From positions 32,001-96,000 of the IMG/VR virus record IMGVR_UViG_3300017917_003446: a stretch of DNA of 64,000 bases; one strand, given 5' to 3'. The number at the start of each line of letters is the position of its first letter. Positions within the stretch are counted from its first letter, which is position 1. Positions 10,343 to 19,511 of the stretch are shown piece by piece. The translations under genes and the position numbers were made by a program. The stretch comes from a virus. The notes under the pieces were generated by a model. The model saw only the letters and a program-made list of their open reading frames with translations. It ran no database searches and was not told where the DNA came from.

Positions 10343-11179
10343 ATGCAAAAGATATTAATTATGGGATTGCCGGGTTCAGGTAAAACGTATTTTGCTGAAT
10401 GCCTTAAAAAATATATGATGTCAGAACAAAAATCTTTATCCTTAATAGAAAACGATGCACCTTATCCAGATTTGTATTTTAAAGTCGATTGGTTCAATGC
10501 TGACGACGTAAGAAAAAGATTTAATGATTGGGATTTTTCTAAAGAAGGTAGAATTCGTCAATCGCTAAGAATGTTTGAATTCGCTATGAAATGTAAAGGT
10601 GATTATGTTATTTGCGATTTCGTAGCACCTTTGCCTGAAATGAGACATAATTTTAAGGCAGATTGGACCATTTGGATGGATACTATTGATTCTGGTCGAT
10701 ACGAAGATACTAATAAGATGTTCGTTCCTCCAGAAATTTACGATTTTAGAATAAACGAACAGAATGCTGAAAAATGGGTTCCCTATGTAGGCGAAATGAT
10801 TTTACAAAACAAACGTCGCCCTATATTTGATTGGAAAAAAGAAACAGTTCAAATGCTTGGACGTTGGCAACCTTGGCATGCTGGGCATAGAGCATTATTT
10901 GAAAGAGCATTTGCTAAAACAGGACAAGTTTGTATAATGATTAGAGATTGTCAAGGCTGGAATAAATCAAACCCTTATGCTATAGACCAAGTCAAATATT
11001 TTATAAAAAGAGATCTCGATCCACTTTATCAGGGGCAATACGAAATTTTGGTTGTTCCTAATATAGTAAATATTACTTATGGTCGAGACGTAGGTTATAA
11101 AATAGAACAAGAAGTTTTCGATGATGTTATACATGATATTAGCGCAACTAAGATTAGAAAAAATATGGGTTTAGAATAA
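10343..11179 (+). CDS. Adenylylsulfate kinase-like domain fused to HxGH nucleotidyltransferase domain
   Basis: N-terminal P-loop GLPGSGKT, NADDVR, DFS.EGR. C-terminal GRWQPWHAGH and ISATKIR. Confidence 0.75.
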   Translation: MQKILIMGLPGSGKTYFAECLKKYMMSEQKSLSLIENDAPYPDLYFKVDWFNADDVRKRFNDWDFSKEGRIRQSLRMFEFAMKCKGDYVICDFVAPLPEMRHNFKADWTIWMDTIDSGRYEDTNKMFVPPEIYDFRINEQNAEKWVPYVGEMILQNKRRPIFDWKKETVQMLGRWQPWHAGHRALFERAFAKTGQVCIMIRDCQGWNKSNPYAIDQVKYFIKRDLDPLYQGQYEILVVPNIVNITYGRDVGYKIEQEVFDDVIHDISATKIRKNMGLE

Positions 11180-11194
11180 CTAAAATCAAAATTT

Positions 11195-11202
11195 TATAAA
11201 TA
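11195..11202 (+). promoter_or_regulatory. T4-type late promoter
   Basis: Exact TATAAATA upstream of the tail fibre gene. Confidence 0.75.
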
Positions 11203-11229
11203 AAAGGACACTATATAGTGTCCTTTTTT
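11202..11229 (+). terminator. Palindromic hairpin followed by T-run (intrinsic terminator-like)
   Basis: Perfect 26-bp palindrome AAAAGGACACTATATAGTGTCCTTTT, ending in a run of six T. Confidence 0.6.
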
Positions 11230-11241
11230 CTTGGATGCCAA

Positions 11242-14200
11242 ATGGCGAATACAATTCAGCACAAACGATCCTCCGTTTTAGGGAAAATTCCTACATCTGC
11301 TAATCTAGCAGTGGGTGAAATTGCTATCAATTTTGCCGATAAACTAATTTATACTAAAAATACTGACGGTAACGTCATTGTAATAGCCTACGGCACACTA
11401 GAAAGATTTACTGGTAATATTATTCCTTCGCAAAACGTAACTTATACATTAGGTAATTCGACACATAGATTTAGTAATTTATTTTTAAGTGGATCTACAA
11501 TTAATTTGGGCGGCGCCTCTATAAAATATGAGGGCGGATTTTTTAAAGTATTAGATGAAAATGGTAATCCAGCTAAAACATTAATATACACAGCTAATAT
11601 TTTTGAATCAGGAAATACTACTTCTGGTAATGTTTATTTCACTAACAATAGAGCAAGAGCTGCTTTAACCAGCGGTAATTCTATATCTTATGATTCTACT
11701 ACAGGTAATATTACACTTTCTCCTTCAGGCGTTACTGCTGCATCTTATGGAAATGCATCATTAATTCCATCACTCACGGTTGATCAATTTGGTAGAGTAA
11801 CTAGAGTATCAAACGTATCAGTAGCCGGGGTAAACAATTTTACTGCTTCCGGCAACGCATTTACTATTCAAACTTCTGCTGGTACAAGTTTTACTGCAAA
11901 TATTCAACTTAATTCTATAAGATTAGGAACAGACACAACTGGAGACTATGTATCTAATTTGACCGCTGGAACAGGAGTTGTACTAAGTAATTTAGGTGGA
12001 GAAGGTATAAATCCTACAATAGCAATAGGTCAAAATGTCGCTACAACTGCAGATGTAACTTTTTCAAATATTACTGCCACCGGTAACATTATTGCGAGTA
12101 ATATTTCAGGTAGTCAAACTAATACAACAATAATTGCAGGTTCCTATGCATTCTCGTTTGATAATGCTGGCAATTTAACTGCGCCTACTGCCATTAATAC
12201 TGGAACAATCAATGCCAGATCATGGAATAATTTATATACTAATAACGTAATTGAAGGTACAAATTTATACTTTACTAATGCAAGATCATATGCCAATACG
12301 TTGACAGCAATAAAAACCGGTAACGGTATTGTTTATAATAGTACTACAGGCAATATAACTCTTAATCCCACAGGAGTAACTGCAACTACTTATGGTGGTA
12401 GTTCAAACGTATCTGTTATTACTGTAGATCAATTTGGAAGGATTACGTCAGCTTCTAATGCAGCAGTCGCAGGAGTTTCAAGTTTTAATGCATCAGGCAA
12501 TTCCTTTACTATTGCCACTTCAGCAGGTTCTACTTTTATAGCAAATATTCAACCAAATTCTGTGAGACTCGGAACTGATACTACAGGAGATTACGTAGCT
12601 AATTTAGTTGCAGGAGCAGGTGTAATATTAACTAATCTTGGCGGCGAAGGAATATCACCTACAATATCTATTGGACAAAATGTAGATACACATGCAGATG
12701 TAACATTTGCCAATATTACTATTACTGGTAATTTATCAGTATTAGGAAATGCAGTACAATTCAATGCTAATACTTTAGTTATAGACGATCCTTTAATCCA
12801 AGTCGGAGCTAATAACAATTTATCGGATTCTGTGGATTTAGGATTTTTCGGACATTATAAAGGTGGTACACCTAGTGTAGAAAGACATGCAGGATTATTT
12901 AGAGATGCTAGTGACGGTAATTTTAAATTATTTGCTAATTTGGATCCCACACCTGACGTTGTTGTTGATACAAGTAATGTATCATTTAATTTTGCCAATC
13001 TAATTGTCAATTATTTAACAGGCAATGTATTAGGTACTGTTAACACCTTATCTAATTTTTCTACAAGTAATTTATCGGAAGGTACAAATTTATATTTTAC
13101 CAATGCAAGAGTATATTCTAATGTTGCTCCTTTATTAACTACAGCTAATGTCTCAGAAGTAACTAATCTATATTTTACCAATGCAAGAGTTTATGCGGCA
13201 GTCACAGGTAACTTAGCATCAAAAGCTAATGTCACAGATTTAACAACTAGCAATATAGCAGAAGGTACAAATTTATATTTCACTAATGCTAGAGTATATT
13301 CTAATATTGCTCCTCTTCTAACTACTGCAAATGTATTAGAATTAACCAATCTATATTTTACCAATGCAAGAGTTTATGGAACAGTCACTGGAAATTTAGC
13401 ATTAAAGGCTAATATTGTAGATTTAACAACAAGTAATATAGCTGAAGGAGCGAATTTATATTTCACTAATGATAGAGTTTATTCTAATATTGCTCCTCTT
13501 CTAACTACTGCAAATATATTGGAAGTAAACAATTTATATTTTACAAATGCCAGATCATATGCTAATACGTTGATAGCATTACGTGCAGGTAATGGTATAA
13601 ACTATAATAATGTTACCGGCAATATTACGTTAACTGCAACCGGAGTTTCTTCTGCAACTTACGGCGGATCGGCAAATATACCGGTTGTTACCATAGATGC
13701 ATTTGGCAGAATATCTTCAGCATCCAACGTTGCTGTTGCAGGTGTGTCAAGTTTTACTTCTTCAGGTAACAGTTTTACTATAAGTACAGGCGCAGGTACA
13801 AGTTTTACCGCAAATATACAACCCGATTCAATTAGATTAGGTACAGATACTACTGGTCCTTATGTTGCAAATTTGGTAGCAGGTACAGGAGTAACCTTAT
13901 CTGGATTGGGTAATGAAGGAACAACACCCACAATAAACATAGGTCAAAGTGTTGCTGCAACATCTGACGTAGTTTTTGCCAATATTACTGCTACAGGCAA
14001 TGTTACTGTTTTAGGTAATGTTAATGTAGGCAATCTAATAGGTAACTTTACAAATACTACTATAACTGCAGGTAGTTATGTATTTACTTTTGATAATGCC
14101 GGTAATGTTACCATACCTACAGCATTAAATGCCAATACAATAAATGCAACTTTTTGGAATAATTTATATACCAACAATGTAGTTGAAAGTGTAAATCTAT

Positions 14201-17200
14201 ATTTCACTAATGCTCGTTCTTATTCTAATACTTTAGTCGCACTTAGATCAGGCAATGGTATTTCATACAACAATGTGACAGGAAATATCACATTAACAGC
14301 AACAGGTGTTACTGCCAGTACTTATGGTGGGACATCCCAAATACCTGTATTTACTGTTGATTCTTTTGGTAGATTAACCAATGCAAGTAATGTTGCAGTT
14401 GCAGGAGTAAACGCATTTACCTCTTCAGGTAATTCCTTCACTATAAGCACAGCAGCAGGTACAAGTTTCACAGCAAATATTCAACCAGATTCTATAAGAC
14501 TTGGAACAGATACAACCGGACCATATATATCAAACTTAATAGCAGGTACAGGTGTTACTTTAACAGGACTAGGTAACGAAAGCACTACACCTACAATATC
14601 AATTGGTCAAGCAGTAGATGCAACTTCAGATGTAACTTTCAAAAATATAATAATAAGTGGCAATTTAACTGTATCCGGTAATACCTCCTATATTAATACT
14701 GAAACAATTGAATTAGCTGATAATAAAATTACATTAAATTCTAATCTGACTGGTGCTCCCTCGGAAGATGCGGGATTAGTAATTAACAGAGGCACTAATG
14801 CAAATGTAGAATTAAGATGGAATGAAACTAGTGATTATTGGGAGTTTACTAACAATGGTACTAATTACTTTAAGATAGCAGTATCTACAACTGATTTAGT
14901 AGAGGGCACTAATTTATATTATACAAATACTAAAGCATACGCTAACACATTGTCTGCAATAAAAACTGGTAATGGAATAGTTTACGACAATACAGCGGGA
15001 AATATAACACTATCAGCTACCGGTGTAATAGCTGCATCATATGGAAACACTACACATCATATCGGATTGGTAGTAGATGAGCATGGTAGAATAACATCTG
15101 CTAATACAATAGCACTTACAACAGGACCTACAGGACCTCAAGGAGCGGCCGGTGTACAAGGTTCCCAAGGTAATGCTGGAGTCCAAGGAGCACAAGGTAA
15201 TGCGGGTATCCAAGGAGCACAAGGTGTTGCTGGAATACAAGGGGCACAGGGCAATGCTGGAATACAAGGGGCACAGGGTGTAGCAGGCGTACAAGGTTCC
15301 CAAGGTAATGCTGGAGTCCAAGGAGCACAAGGTAATGCGGGTATCCAAGGAGCACAAGGTGACGTAGGTGTTCAAGGTGCTGCAGGTGTACAAGGTTCTC
15401 AGGGCAATGCTGGAGTCCAAGGAGCACAGGGCGCTACGGGTCCACAGGGTGTAGCAGGCGTACAAGGTTCTCAGGGCAATGCTGGGATACAAGGTGCTAC
15501 GGGTCCACAGGGTGTAGCAGGTGTACAAGGAGCTCAAGGAGTTCAAGGCGCCACTGGTCCACAAGGATTAAATTCCTCAGATGAATTTTTCTCATCTAAT
15601 ATTACCGCAAATATTTCTATTACAGCAAATGTATGGAGAAATTTATATACTTCTAATGTAATAGAAAATGGAACTACTACAACAGGTAATGTTTATTTTA
15701 CAAATTCAAGAGCCAGACTTGCACTTACAAGTGGAAATGGTATATCATATGATTCTGCTACAGGTAATATAACTTTATCTTCAACAGATGTAGTAGCTAG
15801 CACTTATGGTGGCAATAATAGAATAATTCCCAGATTCACCGTAGATAGTTTAGGTAGAATTACATCTGCATCCAATACGACATTAGATGATATTGTACTA
15901 GGTACACAAACATCAGGTAATTATGTACAAAATGTTTTACCTGGAACAGGTGTTACTATATCAGGTACTCCGGGTGAATCAAGAGATGCTACAATTTCCA
16001 TTGGTCAGGCGGTATCTACTACCTCAGATGTTACCTTTGCAAATGTTACAGTAACAGGTAATTTATTAGTACAAGGCAATGCTGTTGAATTTGCAGCAAA
16101 TACTTTAGTAATTAATGATCCATTGATTCAGGTAGGTAAAAATCCTACAGGAGATGCTGTAGATTTAGGATTCTTTGGACACTATCTTACAGGATCGGTG
16201 GAAAGACATGCTGGATTATTTAGAGATGCAACTGACGGTAAATTTAAACTATTCGCAAACCTTGATCCAGAGCCAGTAACTATAGTTGATACAGCTAATA
16301 CATCTTACTACAAAGCATATTTTGAAGTTGGCACAATCGATTCAGCGAATGGCTCATTTACAGGAAATGTAACAACTGGTAATGTAAGTGGAACTAGAGG
16401 AGACTTCGTATATTTTGATGGTATTATGGATTCAGGTACCATTAATAACGCAGTTGTTGTAGAAAAATCGCCGGTAGTAACCGTCACATTAAGCGGAAAC
16501 ATAACAGGATCAGCATCTGCAATACTATCAAATTTAGCAAGTAATACAGTAACAGTTACAACTACACTAGAAAATACTGGAGTATCGGCTACAACCTATG
16601 GTGGATCTTCTAAAGTCCCTGTACTTGTAATTGATGCTAAAGGTAGAATAACGTCAGCATCAAATGTAAATGTTGCAGGTGTTACGTCATTTAGTGCTTC
16701 GGGTAATACATTCACTATAGCTACTGCTGATGGTGGATCATTTAGTGCAAATATTCAACAAAATTCAGTAAGATTAGGAACTGATACTACAGGTGACTTT
16801 GTAGGTAACGTACTAGCAGGGACAGGTTTAGTAGCAAGTGGACAAAGTGGTGAATATGCTAATGTAACATTAACACTAGCTTCTTCTGGTGTAGTAGCAT
16901 CAACGTATGGAAATGCTACTATTCAAAGTGTTATCACAGTTGATACTTATGGTAGAATAACTTCTGCAGCAAATGTTACTGCTCAAGTATCTAATACCAA
17001 TATTTTAGGAAACATTGCATCATCCCAACTTAATCCTACAGGAGTAACTGCTGCTAACTACGGAAATAATTCACATCATATTGGATTAGTTATAGATCAA
17101 CAAGGAAGAATAACTTCTGCAAATATGATACCTTTCTCTGCAGGTCCCACAGGACCTCAGGGAGCAGCAGGAGCCCAAGGCGCAACCGGTGCTCAAGGCG

Positions 17201-17790
17201 CCAATGGATCAAATGGTTCACCTGGACCTAACGGAGCTCAAGGTCCTGCAGGTGTTCAAGGTGCAACAGGTGCTCAAGGCGCCAATGGATCAAATGGTTC
17301 ACCTGGACCTAACGGAGCTCAAGGCCCTGCAGGTGCTCAAGGCCCAACAGGACCAACGGGGCCGCAAGGTGCTACTGGTCCTCAGGGTGCTTCGTCAGGA
17401 GGCAATTTATTATTGAATATATCATTGGGTGTTGGTACTCCAGCATCAGGTACTCAAGGTGAAATACGTGCTACTAATAACATTACTGCTTATTATTCTG
17501 ATGATAGATTAAAAACTAGAATAAATAATATTCCTAATGCTTTAGATAAAATTAAATCATTGTCGGGATTTTATTTCACAGCTAACGATGTAGCAAAATC
17601 TTTAGGATATCAAGGTGAACTTCAGGTGGGTGTATCTGCTCAGGAAATTCAAAGAGTTCTACCTGAAGTAGTAGCGCCTGCCCCTATAGATGATAAATAC
17701 TTAACAGTTAGATATGAGAAAATTATTCCGCTACTTATTGAAGGTATCAAGGAACTAGAAATAAGAATAAGTGCATTAGAAAACAAATAA
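11242..17790 (+). CDS. Long tail fibre protein with internal repeats, collagen segments and C-terminal intramolecular chaperone (peptidase S74)
   Basis: N-terminal IQHKRSS..GKIP..L..GEIAIN..D..IY; repeated YG..TVD.FGR.TSASN modules; Gly-X-Y tracts; C-terminal YYSDDRLK..YEKIIPLLIEGIKEL. Alternative GTG start at 11218. Confidence 0.85.
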   Translation: MANTIQHKRSSVLGKIPTSANLAVGEIAINFADKLIYTKNTDGNVIVIAYGTLERFTGNIIPSQNVTYTLGNSTHRFSNLFLSGSTINLGGASIKYEGGFFKVLDENGNPAKTLIYTANIFESGNTTSGNVYFTNNRARAALTSGNSISYDSTTGNITLSPSGVTAASYGNASLIPSLTVDQFGRVTRVSNVSVAGVNNFTASGNAFTIQTSAGTSFTANIQLNSIRLGTDTTGDYVSNLTAGTGVVLSNLGGEGINPTIAIGQNVATTADVTFSNITATGNIIASNISGSQTNTTIIAGSYAFSFDNAGNLTAPTAINTGTINARSWNNLYTNNVIEGTNLYFTNARSYANTLTAIKTGNGIVYNSTTGNITLNPTGVTATTYGGSSNVSVITVDQFGRITSASNAAVAGVSSFNASGNSFTIATSAGSTFIANIQPNSVRLGTDTTGDYVANLVAGAGVILTNLGGEGISPTISIGQNVDTHADVTFANITITGNLSVLGNAVQFNANTLVIDDPLIQVGANNNLSDSVDLGFFGHYKGGTPSVERHAGLFRDASDGNFKLFANLDPTPDVVVDTSNVSFNFANLIVNYLTGNVLGTVNTLSNFSTSNLSEGTNLYFTNARVYSNVAPLLTTANVSEVTNLYFTNARVYAAVTGNLASKANVTDLTTSNIAEGTNLYFTNARVYSNIAPLLTTANVLELTNLYFTNARVYGTVTGNLALKANIVDLTTSNIAEGANLYFTNDRVYSNIAPLLTTANILEVNNLYFTNARSYANTLIALRAGNGINYNNVTGNITLTATGVSSATYGGSANIPVVTIDAFGRISSASNVAVAGVSSFTSSGNSFTISTGAGTSFTANIQPDSIRLGTDTTGPYVANLVAGTGVTLSGLGNEGTTPTINIGQSVAATSDVVFANITATGNVTVLGNVNVGNLIGNFTNTTITAGSYVFTFDNAGNVTIPTALNANTINATFWNNLYTNNVVESVNLYFTNARSYSNTLVALRSGNGISYNNVTGNITLTATGVTASTYGGTSQIPVFTVDSFGRLTNASNVAVAGVNAFTSSGNSFTISTAAGTSFTANIQPDSIRLGTDTTGPYISNLIAGTGVTLTGLGNESTTPTISIGQAVDATSDVTFKNIIISGNLTVSGNTSYINTETIELADNKITLNSNLTGAPSEDAGLVINRGTNANVELRWNETSDYWEFTNNGTNYFKIAVSTTDLVEGTNLYYTNTKAYANTLSAIKTGNGIVYDNTAGNITLSATGVIAASYGNTTHHIGLVVDEHGRITSANTIALTTGPTGPQGAAGVQGSQGNAGVQGAQGNAGIQGAQGVAGIQGAQGNAGIQGAQGVAGVQGSQGNAGVQGAQGNAGIQGAQGDVGVQGAAGVQGSQGNAGVQGAQGATGPQGVAGVQGSQGNAGIQGATGPQGVAGVQGAQGVQGATGPQGLNSSDEFFSSNITANISITANVWRNLYTSNVIENGTTTTGNVYFTNSRARLALTSGNGISYDSATGNITLSSTDVVASTYGGNNRIIPRFTVDSLGRITSASNTTLDDIVLGTQTSGNYVQNVLPGTGVTISGTPGESRDATISIGQAVSTTSDVTFANVTVTGNLLVQGNAVEFAANTLVINDPLIQVGKNPTGDAVDLGFFGHYLTGSVERHAGLFRDATDGKFKLFANLDPEPVTIVDTANTSYYKAYFEVGTIDSANGSFTGNVTTGNVSGTRGDFVYFDGIMDSGTINNAVVVEKSPVVTVTLSGNITGSASAILSNLASNTVTVTTTLENTGVSATTYGGSSKVPVLVIDAKGRITSASNVNVAGVTSFSASGNTFTIATADGGSFSANIQQNSVRLGTDTTGDFVGNVLAGTGLVASGQSGEYANVTLTLASSGVVASTYGNATIQSVITVDTYGRITSAANVTAQVSNTNILGNIASSQLNPTGVTAANYGNNSHHIGLVIDQQGRITSANMIPFSAGPTGPQGAAGAQGATGAQGANGSNGSPGPNGAQGPAGVQGATGAQGANGSNGSPGPNGAQGPAGAQGPTGPTGPQGATGPQGASSGGNLLLNISLGVGTPASGTQGEIRATNNITAYYSDDRLKTRINNIPNALDKIKSLSGFYFTANDVAKSLGYQGELQVGVSAQEIQRVLPEVVAPAPIDDKYLTVRYEKIIPLLIEGIKELEIRISALENK
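13050..13570 (+). repeat. Tandem peptide repeats (TT.N..E..NLYFTNAR.Y) within the tail fibre
   Basis: Seven consecutive NLYFTN(A/D)R units in the translation, with further copies elsewhere in the gene. Confidence 0.8.
15124..15567 (+). repeat. Collagen-like Gly-X-Y repeat tract
   Basis: GPTGPQGAAGVQGSQGNAGVQGAQG... with repeated caaggagcacaaggt DNA units. Confidence 0.9.
17143..17391 (+). repeat. Second collagen-like tract containing an 81-bp tandem duplication
   Basis: ggtgctcaaggcgccaatggatcaaatggttcacctggacctaacggagctcaagg occurs at 17188 and 17269. Confidence 0.85.
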
Positions 17791-17804
17791 ATTAAATTTA
17801 TATT

Positions 17805-19508
17805 ATGAATAAAAGTGCAAAATTAGTTTTAATTACAATGTTTAAAAACGAATCTAAATCGATTCGTAGAATGCTTAAATCCACAATCGGATATGTGGAT
17901 TATTATATTTTTCAGAATAATGGTTCTGAAGACGGTACCCAGGAAATAGCTGAATCTTTTTTAAAAGAACACAATTTTCCTGGGTTTGTCTATTTGTTAG
18001 AGGAAGGGTGGAAAGGATTCGGTTGGAATAGAGATCATCTTATTCAAGTTGCACAAAAAACTGAACATGGGTGTGATTGGATTTTTAGTATTGATTGTGA
18101 TGAAGTTTTAGTTGTAGATAGTAATTTTGATTGGAATATTCTAAACAACAAAAATATTCATAGTTTTGAAGTTACTGCTGAATTTTACGGAAGTCTTTAT
18201 CAAAGAGCCAGACTTTATAATGCCAAATTTCCCTGGAGATTTAATCATGATTTAGCGCATGAAACAATATACATGGATATTCCAGAGGTGAAAGAAAATT
18301 TTAACAGATATGATTTAGATTATGGTTTTAGACAAATAGGTTATCCCGAAGGACAAAGTTGGGAATCGCCTAACAAATTTCTTTTTGATGCTTTAAACTT
18401 TGAACAAAAACTTTTAAAAGAAAATAGTATGTTAACTGATATGTATCATTTTTGGTACATAGGAAAAAGTTATTTTGATGCTATTCCTAGCAATTATCCT
18501 TTAGGATTAGATCATAAGAAAGAATTTGCAAGACGTAGTATTTTTTATTTTCTAGAATATTTAAAAATCATACATGAATTCGATACAAATATTAAAGCTA
18601 AATTTACTGATGAAAAATCTTATTACACTTTAGTTTTGATTGCCGAAGCATATTATTTTTTAAAAGATGAAGAAAATACAATAAAACATTTATATCTCGC
18701 AGAACAATTTTGCCAAGAAAGAAATGATCATTTGATAGCTTTAGCTGATTATTATGAAAAAGATAAAAATTATGAAAAAATGTTAGAGATAACAGAAAAA
18801 CTTATTGATCCTTCTAGAACAAATCCCTTTCCTAGATTGAACTTTGTTATTAATAAAAATCATTACTATAATACTGGTACTTTAGTTCAAGAATTAAATG
18901 AAAAAGCAAAAAACTATGTTAAAGAATATGCCATGTATAATTCAGCAATTAATATAGATTCAAAGAAAAGATTTTTTGTTATTGATAATTTTTACACTGA
19001 CCCTTTTAAAATAAGAGAATATGCTTTAGGTGTTAATTTTTCTGCAGATTTGAGATTTTATAAGGGAATAAGGTCTAATGAGCAACATATTTTTCAAGGT
19101 ACTAAAGAAATATTTGAATCAATTATAGGTGAAAAAATAAATCATTTTCATGAACATGAAATGTGCGGTAGATTTCAAGTATGTACATCAGAGGATCCTA
19201 TAGTATATCATAATGATAATCAAAAATGGGCAGCAATGATTTATCTTTCCCCAGATGCCCCTTTTTCTTCAGGTACTAAATTACTTGCTCATAAAGAAAC
19301 AAAGGCAAGATCATTTGAGGATAAGGGATATGAAAGAGCATTTAGTGGAGGGTTTTATGATGCTACAAAATTTGAAACTGTAGATGAAATTGGTAACGTT
19401 TTTAATAGATTAGTTATTTTTAATTCAAAATGTATACATTCAGCATCGCAATATTTTGGTACAGATAAATATTCTGGAAGATTAACACATTTGTTCTTTT
19501 TTGATTAA
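17805..19508 (+). CDS. Fusion of GT2-like glycosyltransferase, TPR-like helical region and C-terminal 2OG-Fe(II) oxygenase-like (DUF6445-like) domain
   Basis: MFKNE..I.RML..NGSEDGT..IDCDE at the N-terminus; VIDNFY.DP..IR..HND..YLSP..NVFNRLVIF..HSA..RLTHLFFFD at the C-terminus. Confidence 0.7.
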   Translation: MNKSAKLVLITMFKNESKSIRRMLKSTIGYVDYYIFQNNGSEDGTQEIAESFLKEHNFPGFVYLLEEGWKGFGWNRDHLIQVAQKTEHGCDWIFSIDCDEVLVVDSNFDWNILNNKNIHSFEVTAEFYGSLYQRARLYNAKFPWRFNHDLAHETIYMDIPEVKENFNRYDLDYGFRQIGYPEGQSWESPNKFLFDALNFEQKLLKENSMLTDMYHFWYIGKSYFDAIPSNYPLGLDHKKEFARRSIFYFLEYLKIIHEFDTNIKAKFTDEKSYYTLVLIAEAYYFLKDEENTIKHLYLAEQFCQERNDHLIALADYYEKDKNYEKMLEITEKLIDPSRTNPFPRLNFVINKNHYYNTGTLVQELNEKAKNYVKEYAMYNSAINIDSKKRFFVIDNFYTDPFKIREYALGVNFSADLRFYKGIRSNEQHIFQGTKEIFESIIGEKINHFHEHEMCGRFQVCTSEDPIVYHNDNQKWAAMIYLSPDAPFSSGTKLLAHKETKARSFEDKGYERAFSGGFYDATKFETVDEIGNVFNRLVIFNSKCIHSASQYFGTDKYSGRLTHLFFFD

Positions 19509-19511
19509 TTT

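Noticed and set aside
15037-15564. Minus-strand ORFs of 175 and 99 aa, and a similar + strand alternate ORF at 17189..17416
   Set aside because: These are shadows of the collagen Gly-X-Y repeats, which lack stops in other frames; no RBS or recognisable domain.
15124-15567. Short repeated DNA units resembling a CRISPR array
   Set aside because: The repeats are in-frame collagen codons with no unique spacers, and no cas genes are present.
11242-17790. Many N-X-S/T sequons in the fibre, suggesting N-glycosylation
   Set aside because: A rough count in the N-terminal part is about what the high Asn/Ser/Thr content predicts, so it is not independent evidence.
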